Source: Blasia pusilla (lineage: Eukaryota). Taken from it: a stretch of DNA of 64,000 bases. Position numbers and translations under genes: made by a program. The stretch covers positions 10,106,001 through 10,170,000 of the forward strand of contig CM114271.1 in assembly GCA_050084515.1 (NCBI GenBank). Direction: 5' to 3'. Every line of letters begins with the position of its first letter. The stretch's first letter is position 1. Shown here one piece after another: positions 25,781 through 37,164 of the stretch. The notes beneath the pieces are model-generated. The model was not told the origin of the DNA and did no database searches. It saw nothing but the letters and a program-made list of their open reading frames with translations.

Positions 25781-26299
25781 TAATGCATCCATCTTCGCCG
25801 CCGCCAAGTAGCACCGGTACTCAATGCTACTCGACATAGAGGGTCGCTCCACCGCAACACCCTCATCCACCTCAACACGTAGCAAGAACACCCCACGTTC
25901 ACACAACGTGGTCGCGAATCGAAATACAGAGCTAAGTCAACTCCTAAAGCCATCGCTCCGTGGCCGAAAACAATGGGGATCCCAACACTGAAGTTGCCAT
26001 CCGCACATAATCTTGCATTGATCTTTGCATCCGTGTCTACTACACGCGATGTAGATGCCTCGATCCCCACACTCGGCTCAATAGGCTGCGAGGAACCATG
26101 GATGGAGTCCTAAGCACCTCGCAGACAACAAGAATGATGGGAAGCCTAGCTCGCCTCCCGGCCTCACCCTCTATGGGTCCAACTCACAAAGAGCACCACG
26201 TGGCTCGACGCTCGAGTGGCTCCTCTCAGAATCGCAGCTTGGTGATGCCTCAACTTTGTGTTGCACTCGCCATATAAGAGAGATCATCCCCTCCATAAG

Positions 26300-27783
26300 A
26301 GGTGGAAGCCCCTGCTCCCGAACTGATCTATCTTTGGATACCAGCCATAGTAGCCAACTTCTGCTCCAACTGCTCAATCCTGGCAGCCATAGCTGACTCT
26401 GTCGTAGTGGTAGGGGCTACCACCAGTGGTCCACCTCTACCACCCCTACCACCTCTACCACCTCGGCCTCTCGGAGCTACTCCACCACGGCCACGGCCTA
26501 ATCTCAACTCGGGATGGAGATCAAAGCAACGCTCTCGAGGATGACCTAGTCTCCCGCAATGATCACACTGAGTTGGGGCCGACTGAGGCCCATCCTCCAA
26601 AGTCCGTCTCCCATCCTCTTGGGGACAAAACTTCCTAACATGATCACCTCCACATGTCCAACATGATCGCCCTGCCGCGAGGCAAAGCAAATGAAGGCAA
26701 TGGTCTCTGCACAAATGTCCTCTAGGACTTGATCGAGGTCGCGTGTACCCCCACGACTCCCACTACTACTACCACCACCACTACTACGAGATCGTGAGGT
26801 GGGGGCGGCTGAACACGAGAAGTAGTAGTTGTATCCCTCTCGAATGCGGATGTCACCACTCTCTCCTTCACCATGTTAAGCTCAATCTTCTCAGATAGAG
26901 CAAACACATGGGTCAATGTGGGTGAATCATCACTCATAAGAGTAGCATCACGCACCCTACGGCACAAATCTCTGCCCAAGATCCCATACTAAAACCGGAT
27001 GCTCGATCCTAAGTCACACCCTGGGTAATCGAAATCAGCGTCGATACGCGTGTATGCCTCACGAAGACTCTCACCGAGTCTTTCGCTCAAAGTCCTGAAG
27101 ATTCCTCAACTTCTCCGTCTTCACTCCTTGATAATTCTTCCTCAACCTCTTGAAGAACTCGCAGAACCGGGCTAACGATGGTGGGGCACTAGTACCTCCA
27201 CTAGTACCCCCACTAGTACCTCCACTTTGGTACCCCCACTCGGCTCAGATTCGCACCACCACTCGGGTCGGGCCGGGCCGGGCATAGTAGGAGCACTACT
27301 ACCAATACCACCATGGGTGATAGACACATAGCCTGGAGACCAATATTGTCTCCATGCCTCAATCTCAGCAACATGGTCCTTCCTAGACTCATGGTAATCA
27401 TCCATAGGTGGTCCTTCCAAGTGCTGAAACAACCCCTTCCAAGCCAAGAAGGGTGTAAACAACGTGGCATTCCGCAACATCTGCATATCACACCACGTAT
27501 CAAACTCCTGCATGAAGTCCTCCAACTCAATGGTACCCACTGCACCCAAGTATCGTCGTGGGCCCTTCATGGCCCCATATCCACCGTCCATGTCCCAAAT
27601 CAATGGAGCTGCAACACTCGATAACAACGTAGAAGACTCGGTGTTTGGAACACCCTCGTCCTCCTCTTCATCAACCGTCGGAAGTGAAAAAGGTGGCCAA
27701 TACCTAAATCCACTCCGTGTGAAACCACCACTGTCCGCACCACAGTCCCCAACCAGACCACCCGACAGCTCCGTGATGACCAA
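26300..27783 (-). pseudogene. gag with zinc knuckles and RGG-rich tail
   Basis: CWTCGGDHVRKFCP, CDHCGRLGHPRERCF and RGGRGGRGG; homologous to 57660-59100. Confidence 0.82.
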
Positions 27784-29259
27784 CGCCGATGCCGCACCAC
27801 CACCAAATTACCCAAGTGACGTCGATGTCGCTCTACTATTGTAGCTCTACTAGCTATGGGTGTAGGCAATCTAACCTCTCATCACTACAAGAAGCCTCCC
27901 ACGGTCTACTGGTCATCACTCCAGCCTCACTACCGGTAGCACACAGGAGTAACACTACTCTGGAAATCAGCGTTAACCCTAACAATGGGCGCGCAAGCAA
28001 GAAGCACGATGGAGGGGATCCAAACACAGGAAGTCCAACGACAACCCTCCAACCGCAAATGAAAATCAAGGTAACACAATCCACCAAACGTGGTGCCCCT
28101 GAATCCACAAAACCCACCACACAATTCTAACGCAATAGCTACTCCGCCGTGGTCGATGACGACTAGTCGAACTCGCAAAGACCTGAAAATATCACTGCAT
28201 GGAGAGGCTACACCGTACTATGCGCTAGAGGTACATCAACCAAAAACTTGAGATGCATAAAGCGCCTAACACATCTCCGAACAAAGACCAAATGAGCTAC
28301 AACAGTCAGACATCGGCCTAGTTAAGAACTCAAAGCAATTAAGCGTCCTCCAGCAGAATAGCCCAAAGATGGGTGACCAGTTATGCAAAACTCAAATCCC
28401 AAATCCTGCAAAAATTGCCTCACGCCCAAGCAAGCAAGCTTGCTTGCTTGCTCTTTGCTCCTTACTCCGCCTCTCACGCCCACTCGCCCCGAGCTACCAC
28501 GAGTTGCCTCAAAGCCTCAAAACGCCGTGATATGCCCCGTTCGCCACGCTTCGCCATGCTTCGCTATGGAGAGAGGTCCAACCAGGGCGCCCCCAACGGG
28601 ATAGGCGTCTCCAAAAATGAACGAGTCACCAACCAACCAGCCCCTCCGATCCACTGTCCACCATAGCCAGACCTTGAGCTGTCCGCGAAATTTCGATCAG
28701 AAATTACTTCACAAATACGTGACCGAAATCAAATCTGTTTCGATCAGAATTCAATTGACCACCATAGCTATCTCCCCACAAAAACTCAGCTACAACCGAG
28801 CTCCGTGCCGAGCTAAAAATCAGACAAACTTCTTTGTCCATACACCTCTAGAACAAAATCCAATGGCGCTTCCGCCAAGTTTCATGCACGCAGAAATCCA
28901 TAACGCTCCACGCACTCGAGCAGATAGCTTCACATGAGATCACAATACAAGTAGCAATAGGAACCTCTCACCCGATCTGGATGAACTTCAACAGAGCTTC
29001 CGCACTCCAAGCTCTCCACATCGAAAAGCGTCGAACACGAACAGAATCTTCAATGCTTGATAACTTCCAACTCCCTTGACGAAATCCATCTCTGGTAGCG
29101 TTGGAAAGCTCTCAGCAAGGCGCTTCTTTCCCAACCAACCACGCACCTGATTCACACCTCCAACATAGGCAACAAGCCCCGAACATCCACGGCTGAGTAC
29201 ACAATCAGCCCTAACCAGATCCTACTGATCTACAATCGAAGCTACCATCGATCTACTCC

Positions 29260-29270
29260 AGTTCTTTGAG
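29260..29270 (-). promoter_or_regulatory. Putative self-priming primer-binding site
   Basis: Sense CTCAAAGAACT directly follows the CA end of B. It lacks the TGG start of a tRNA PBS and is the exact complement of sense AGTTCTTTGAG (29446-29436). Confidence 0.75.
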
Positions 29271-29640
29271 TGAAATCCGTGAAAGACCCTCATTGTCATA
29301 AAACACGTTTACAATCACATACAATCGAGCCAAACCCACTCCACGATGGGAGAATCCAGGTCGAAGCTTGCGGGAAACACCATAGCCAAGAGCTCTACTC
29401 ACTACCAAGGCTAACTCCCAACGCAATAGGCTCAACTCAAAGAACTGACTGTTCTTTGAGTGCACTCCACCTTATATCCTCCAACCTAAGAGCGGGCCCT
29501 ACTGGGAAACTCACCCCGAAGTGAGCAACCTCCAACCCTATGTATGGAACCGCATCTCTACCAAGCCACTACGGTCCTACATAAGGAATGACCTCTACTA
29601 GCACACTATACTCTACGACATAATCCGTATGGTCATGACA
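29271..29640 (-). repeat. Repeat unit B, 5' copy (5' LTR equivalent)
   Basis: Direct repeat of 20005-20372; sense TGTCATG...GATTTCA. Confidence 0.95.
29444..29476 (-). promoter_or_regulatory. Putative LTR core promoter (TATA plus initiator)
   Basis: Sense TATAA starts at 29476, and the A of an Inr-like TCAGTT is at 29446, 30 nt downstream. Confidence 0.6.
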
Positions 29641-31725
29641 GAGAACACAGTCCGGGAACAATGGAGGGTTGCAGCCTTTCCAAGAGTCACGGACGTGCCA
29701 CACATTGAGCAGCCCCCATACCGATCCTTAGCAGTAACGCTACCAAGCCCACTAAAAACGACCAAGCCAAGGCTGCCAAGTAGTAATGCGAGCAGCAAGC
29801 TTACAGGATTGGGAAGCACAATAGCAGCAAGACGGAGCGCCAGGAGCCAAGCTACAGAAGATTTCACAACACGAGAACCTGACGTGAGAGACAGCACTGG
29901 AGCAACAACGCGAATGACGTTTGTGAAGGTCAGAAACATGACCAGCGAGCGGTGAGAGGCAAGCTTGCATGATCCAACAGCAGCAGCAACGATACGAAGC
30001 ACTAGAACAGCAATGCGAAACTCGGGGAGAGACAGCCACTCGAACGGCAAGGCGAATGAAGATCTGAGGGGAAGAAACGCGAGCGGCGAGAGCAGCGAGA
30101 CGGAGCGTTGGGAGCGGAGACTCCACGAGTCCACAACATGCGAATGAGGCCCCCAAGGGCGCGCAGTGGGGTCTCCACCCTACTACGAGCCCCTAGGGGG
30201 ATATGGCACTTCTACTTCCAACCGTCGGATTCAGATCGGACGGCTCAAATTAGTGTGCCCTAAATGGGCTTAGGGCACACATTTGAGCGGACGGTCTAGA
30301 TCCATCAGTCTCCCCCTCATCGAATCCTCAGCGTCACTCGTACTTTTCCGGCAGCTGGCACCCCAGGCGGAATATAACCGTCCGCCGGTAAGAGCACTCC
30401 AGCCAGTAACCGGTTTCCCTACCCGGACGGCGCCACTTTTTGACGTCTTCCTGCCGGGAAACAGTCAAATTCCAGCGCCTTGTCTTTGTGCCTGACAGTT
30501 GCCAGTATCTACTCAATTTCACCCGGAACTGCTGCCGGGAATTTTTTCAAATCGTCGGAAATGTCTGAAAACTGCCGGCCGGGATTACTCATAACCTCGG
30601 ATCTCTCCGAACATTGCTACAGAAATTCCATATTTAATGGAACGAATAACATTAGAAGTCACTGAAAAGTGACGGGGCTATGGATCCTCAATAATCGTTG
30701 AAAAATCACTCGAGTGGAGTGTTGGTGGAAAGTTCAACCTTTCAGGCTCTATTCTAAGACAGATTCTTATGCCGCGTTTGACTGAGATGCCGATTCTGCT
30801 GAACCTGTTCTCGTAATTCCTACTCCGGATTCCACCGCCCCAAATCATTAGCCTGGACCACTCACTAGCTGGGTACGTACGCCACGCCGAAGTACTAACT
30901 CTTATCTTCTATTCAGGAACACAGAGCCATCGCTTGCCGGCCATTTTTTGGATGTCATGGGATTACACTTTCGTGCGGAACAATCGCTCCAGAGGAGTGA
31001 CTGACTCGCCGTTGGCAGGGTAGTCGTGTCCATCAAGTCACATTCTGGACAGCCCCGGAATAGAGACATCCGATTTCAAACCGCAGTGGTGGTACATTGT
31101 CAGTCACTTAAGTCTAACCGAGGTATCTAGCTGGGGTCCGGAATTGGCGGTAAGTCTACTTCAAGTCTTGTCACCTGGTTCCATCAACAAGAGTCATCAA
31201 ATTAAGCCTGTTTTTCTTTTAATTCCTACAATTTTGATCCCCAGCATTGTCGTTTAGTTTTGGCCCAACTCTTACCCAAATAAAGGAATGCTAGAAGCTC
31301 CCGGTGGATCGACGTGACGGCGGGCTTTCATCACTCCTGAATACAGACGCCCAGCACCCACCTAGTGCGTAAATGCGTGGAAGCATGAGACTTGTGATCT
31401 TTGACATAATTCTGCTAACAGGTGAGATCAGGAGTTGATAATCTCGATCAGAGCAAGCGAATAGTGATCCCAAAGTCATTCCGTAGTGAAAGGTTAGCAG
31501 GTATGTAATTTACTAAACCAGCCCGTGAGATTACAGAACATGTACGCTCAGAAGTCGTTTGAGAGAATCGCCATGATAGACCGCAAGAAGAAATTAGTAT
31601 GTGGTGCTGATTCTGTGTCACATAATCCTGCTCGAGTGTCACTTGTATATTCTTCCAACGCAATGTCAACTTTTGCTTTCCTCTTGGGCGGTCGCGCTCA
31701 TCGGCCAAGAGAGTAAAGAGCCTTT

Positions 31726-31745
31726 TTCTCTCTCTCTCTCTCTCT
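31726..31745. repeat. (TC)n microsatellite
   Basis: Run of TC dinucleotides. Confidence 0.8.
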
Positions 31746-32805
31746 ATGTTTTCTAGTCGCCTTTGCTACGCTTGTAACTCATTAGATAAGTAAAAACTGA
31801 AGATGAGCTTAAGTAATCTAACCTGAGGTTTGTTGAATAACTCAATAGGGACTATTAGGGAGTCCGCAGTTTCCTTCAGTACCGGAGCTGCAAAATCAGC
31901 CATGTCAGTGGGAAGCGGGGACTGAGCACCTCTATCATCATCAGAGTTACAGCTCCCTTCCGTACGAGCGTCAGCTTAAGTCGCATTGTCGTACTCTCTG
32001 GATGGGTAAGATTTCATCACCGACTTCCTCATCTTCCAGAACTGACAGAAACAGTAACGCCTTGGGGCCTCTACTAGTCTGATGGTACGCAGGGATTTCA
32101 TCACAGGCCATACTCCGGACTAACAAAGTTCTTCTCAGGCCTACAAACTAAGCGTTCACGTCAGTAGGATAGAAAAGCATCTCTTGCCATCGACCCAAGG
32201 ATCGTAGTGGCAAATCTGGCGATACGATATGGTCTGGTCGGACTGATAACAGTGCTATACGCACGATAGGGTTCGCAAGTTGCGCTCCAGTGAGAGCGCA
32301 CTCACCGCGGGAACTCACAGAACAGAGCCGCACAATGAATAAATAGGATAGGCACGAGGGATCCATGTGAAGAACGAGGACTACGTTCACTGATCACCTC
32401 TGACTTAGCTTTCAGTTAAGACAGGCCTAATATCTTTCCGTCGACCCTCGGACCAGCTTCTATCCTGATGGATTTCCCATCCTATTTTCTATTTAAGTTT
32501 ATATTCTTCATAGAACACGGGATAAACCGAATACTACACTACCCGAATATTGCGCGGGCGCCAAGAGCAGATGTCAGGATTGATGAGTGTCGCGCTTTCA
32601 GTTTGTCTGACCCCACAAGATTCCACCAGAGCACGACACGTACATGCAGCCTTCAATGGCAGAGAGTACAGGCTCGGGGAGTCTCCACCACAGGCAGTCG
32701 TATTGGATACCCCATGTGTACAGTAGCCCTCACGATTGTGCCAGTAGAGTGGTGACTTCAGTCCGGTCACTCGGCTGCCCGAACGCTCCCGCTCCCATTC
32801 GGATA

Positions 32806-35800
32806 CAAGGTTTTTTTGAATTGTCGGGTTATTACAGGTATCATTGATATTTTTTCGGATATTCTTTTTAAGTGCATGTCGTAATAGGAATATTTGTAGC
32901 TTTTCAATTATTTTCTGGAAATTCTTTTTCTCGTCGGTTAAAATTCGAAAAAAAAAATTTCTAATTTTCTTATTTCTGGGGTTGAATTTTTTTTCTCTGC
33001 CAATTTCCGATCGAACTTTGTGAAGCTGGCCAAAAACCGACCGTTCCTAACGTGGCCGGAATTTTTTTTCTTCACACACTCCTTATATTCTCCACAACCC
33101 TGCAATGCTGAAAAACCTAATTCCTGATATCAAATTCTTCCCCTGAAGTAGACATGCAATCTTCTAGTATGCAATAAAAAATGCAATCTTCTAACACAAT
33201 AAAAGAAAATCATCCTTGACAGGAGTTGAACCTGACAGAACTCCCACCAGTTGGGAACCAAGGATCCTACCCCTCTTGAATACTTGGAGCCATGAGGCTC
33301 CAAGTATTCAAGAAGGGTCCTACTTCCTAAGACCTAAATGATCAAAGTCTTCTAATCTAGAGGGGTTTCAATAACTTCAACTTCCTCATTCGGGGAGATG
33401 TATCTATCAGGATTTGCAAACAAGTACCTAAAATGAGCAGAATTCTTCCACAATATCACAGACTCAGACAACATCTCCTCATAATCAGAGGAAGGTCCTT
33501 CTAAGGCAATCCTCAAGACAACATCTAAATACTTTGTGGTGAACCTATTACGAGATTTACTCTTGATCGTGTTTTGAATGGAAAAGGCTCTCTCACATAT
33601 GGCAGTACTAACACACTGGACTCTAGCTATATTTTCCAAAATCAACAAATTAGAAAACTTACATTGCAATGACGGACTCCAACTTACCATCGCCCACAAG
33701 TCTCTGAAGTTGCGATCTTTCCACTCAGTGGTAGCCATCAATTTGAAAGATTGGAACTCTTGCTTAACAATCAAAGAATTAATGATAGTTGGTTGCAACA
33801 CACCCCGTAATGGCAATTGATTTCCAAAAAAACCACAAAAATCATCTAAATCTTTACACCCCCAACTATTCAATCCCACTTTCCGAGAAGGCATGTGCAA
33901 AGGATTGATTATTCTCATAGATCCAATCAGGTTATTATCTCGAAATTGCTCATGTAAAGATATACACACACTTTCAGCAAACCTTTTCAGAAAGAATAAT
34001 GCATCCTCTAAGTCCCTTTCGGTCCGATCTTGAGACATAGCAATGCTATGAAACTTATTTCCCCTCATCGTGGATTGTAAACGACAAAGATAACCACCAA
34101 GTGGCCCAAAATCAAGAAGTATATGGTAACATGTATCTTTAGAGAAGGTGGAGGCATTCAAGTCATGAGTTTCCATGACAAAATTCATGGTAATCCTAGC
34201 TATCTCCGAATTCAAAATGCTCCCTATAGTGCTAATATTCACAAACTTGTACTGAAATATCTAACTCGGATTTGCAAGCATCGAAAGAATGTCAGCCAAA
34301 AAGTACACTTGATAGATCATTTAGAATGATCTCAACGTGTAAAATAAATTTGCAGCATTCCCATCGTCCTCTGAAGGGGAAATATCTCTAAAGCATGTCA
34401 ATACTGATTCTAGAGAATCACACAATGTGGTCACAACTTGCCAACGGGATAACCATCTAATCTTGTGGTATCTCTTCATAACTCGTTGGGAGTCATTGAA
34501 TTTTTCTTGCAACGATGCTAGAATTGTTTTTCTCTTGGACGACCTTCTAAAGTTACCAGCTATTGCATTGAGAATCGAATCGACTTCAGAGGATATTGAC
34601 TTGCAATCATGAGCTTTCGCACCTGACAAAGCCGCCAAAATTGTTCTATGGGCTACACAATGAACTGAAAGAATATAGGGATTTACCTTCTGCTTCATTT
34701 GGGAGGCCACCCCTGTCTGGCTACCTACCATTGTAGAAGCTCCATGTGAACCAAATGCTACCATTGTGGAGAATTCTAACCCTCCATCTTTGATTAGTTG
34801 CAACAAACTTTCAGTAATAGCATTGGAACATTTTGATTCGCAACGAAGTAGTCCCGGAAAACAACATTCTGCGTGGCCCTCTTCAATGAAGGTGGCAAAC
34901 AAAACCAAATGCCCTGTTACAGATATGTCAGTTGACTCATCGATCATAATGCCATAGAAAGGAGAGGCTTGAACTCTCACAAGAGTTCTTCTAAACAAAA
35001 CTTGGCTAATGAAGTAACACATCTCACTACAACTCTTTTCATCATGATATAAGTCTCAGGTAATAGAGGTATTGATCAATAACATTAACTTACAAAGGCT
35101 AGGAAATTAAAAAAATGGCATAGCCTCCTTCGCAAGGAAGTATGCGCACTTAAAAAATGTCAACAACGCGATTTCACAAGTGCGGTTGGTGGTGGAAACT
35201 TCTTACCCCCATGTGCAGCCCATGCAAGCTTGATGTGCTCGTTGGACTTGGCATGATCAGTGAAGGCTGAAACCTTACAGTTTATTGCGCCATCTTTGGC
35301 AAACACACTCTTTCCTTTCCCCTTCTTACAAACTTTACAAAAGATTCTACCAAGGGTTGAATCCCACTCAATCCAATCATACATCGAATATCATACATCC
35401 TTCCATGCTACACGAACTTTTCCAGGTACATTCGCACTGCTTCCTAACAAAGGCGACTCATCTCTATCATCAGATGAGCGAGACAATGCGATAATGTCAC
35501 GCTCGTTATTGATTCGTTCCTTACCTAGGAAGGAAGTCATTGTCTTTTTCCTCTTGGCCATGTGCACTACTGAGCACTGGGCAACTATCTGGACTACAAC
35601 ATGAAAGCACGGAAGAAGGGCTACCCCACGGGAATAAGCTGGAATGGAGGAGCTGCAATGAGCTCCAAGATTTCAAAGTAAAGGGCAAAGTAAAGTGAGA
35701 GTAAAGTAAATAGTGAGCTGATAAAGAGCCCGCGGGATACGGCTAGGAGAAGGACACCCTGGCTCAAATCGAGATAAACCTTGGCCCAAATGAACATAAA

Positions 35801-37164
35801 CCCTGGTCCAAATCGAGAGAAATCTTGGCCCTAATGGACAGAAACCATGGCCCAAATCTAGAGAAACCCTTGACCAAACAAAGAGAAACTCTGACCCAAT
35901 TTTGCTTAAACCCTGAATCGCACAATGGAAAAAAAGGTGAAGTCGCGGTCGTGTCTAAACAGTTCTCAATGCTGGAAGTCCCCACCCATAACCAAGTCAA
36001 ACTAGAGAGAGTGTGAGTCTCTGAGAGCCGAGAGAAGTTGCAGCGGCTGCGCAACTTGGAAAGGCCCACGTAAATGTAGGCGATTTGTGGAGCAGCAGAG
36101 CAAATCGATGCAAACTTGCTAAGGAAACAAAAATAAGAAATATATCCCGGCTGCTTGAGAGAACACAGTCCGAGAACAATGGAGGGTTGCAGCCTTTCCA
36201 AGAGTCACGGACGTGCCACATATTGAGCGGCCCCCACACCGATCCTTAGCAGTAACTCTACCAAGCCCACTGAAAACGACCAAGCCAAGGCTGCCAAGCA
36301 GCAATGTGAGCAGCAAGCTTACAGGATTGGGCAGCACAATAGTAGCAAGACGGAGCGCCAAGAGCGGAGCTACAGAAGATTTCACAAAAGGAGAACCAGA
36401 CGCAAGAGACAGCACTAGAGCAGAGACGGGTACTGGAGCAGCAACGCGAATGACGTCTGTGAAGGGCAGAAACGTGACCAGCGAGCGGCGAGTAGCAAGC
36501 TTGCAGGATCCAACAACAGGAGCTGCGATATGGAGCATTGGAACAGCAACGCGAAACTCGGGGAGAGACGGCCACTCGAACGGCAAGGCGAATGAAGATC
36601 TGAAAGGGTAGAAATGCGAGCAGCGAGAGCAACGAGGCGGAGCAGCGAGACGGAGCCTTGGGAACACAGACTCCACGAGTCCACAACATGCAAATGAGGC
36701 CTCCAAGGGCCCGTAGTGGGGTCTCCACCCCACTGCGAGCACTTGGGGGATATGCCACTTCTACTTCCAACCGTCATATTCACATCGGACGGCTCAAATT
36801 AGTGTGCCCTAAATGGGCTTAGGGCACACATTTGAGCGGACGGTCTAGATCCATCTGTCTCCCCCTCAGCAAATCCTGAGCATCACTCATACTTTTCGGG
36901 CAGTTGGCACCCGAGGCGGCAAATAACCGTCCGCCGGTAAGAGCGCTCCCGCCAGTAGTCGGTTTCCTTACCCGGACGGCGCCACTTTCTGACGACTTCC
37001 TACCGAGAAATAGTCCAATTCCGGCGCCTGGTATTTGCGTCTGACAGTTGCCGGTATCTACTCAATTTCACCGAGAACTACTGCTAGGAATTGTTTCAAG
37101 TCGTCAGAAATGTCTGAAAATTGCCGGCGGGATTACTCGTAACCCGGGATCTCTCCAAATATTG
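32806..37164 (-). mobile_element. hAT DNA transposon copy 2, complete (4.36 kb)
   Basis: Perfect 8-bp TSD TTCGGATA (32798-32805, 37165-37172), termini CAA...TTG, and a hAT transposase inside. Confidence 0.93.
33352..35561 (-). pseudogene. hAT transposase (ZNF862-like type), disrupted
   Basis: Zinc finger, DESTD, HCVAHR, RWLS and the C-terminal dimerisation motif STAICERAFSIQNTIKSKSRNR, with stops and frameshifts. Confidence 0.92.

Larger units (their letters stand above)
19899..29640 (-). mobile_element. Full-length Ty3/gypsy element with DNMT3-like methyltransferase, PHD finger and split/permuted LTRs
   Basis: Termini TGTCGTG...CATGACA. The 4-bp TSD GAGA (19895-19898, 29641-29644) is confirmed by the empty site in hAT copy 2 (CTGCTTGAGAGAACACAG, 36151-36168). 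Order on minus strand: gag-PR-DNMT-RT-RH-INT-PHD. Confidence 0.93.
18039..30616 (-). mobile_element. hAT DNA transposon copy 1 (left end deleted; interrupted by the gypsy element at 19899-29640)
   Basis: 18039-19898 plus 29641-30616 is colinear with 34300-37164. Homology ends at ...CTCCGAACATTG (30616), matching the terminus of copy 2. Confidence 0.9.

Noticed and set aside
19899-29640. Classifying the split-repeat element as a DIRS/Ngaro/PAT tyrosine-recombinase retrotransposon
   Set aside because: It has a protease, an HHCC/DDE gypsy integrase, TG...CA ends and a 4-bp TSD. No tyrosine recombinase ORF was seen.
29613-30156. Long overlapping ORFs here and at 36119-36783
   Set aside because: They lie in the GC-rich 5' non-coding part of the hAT, have no recognisable motifs, and their frames are not conserved between the two copies.
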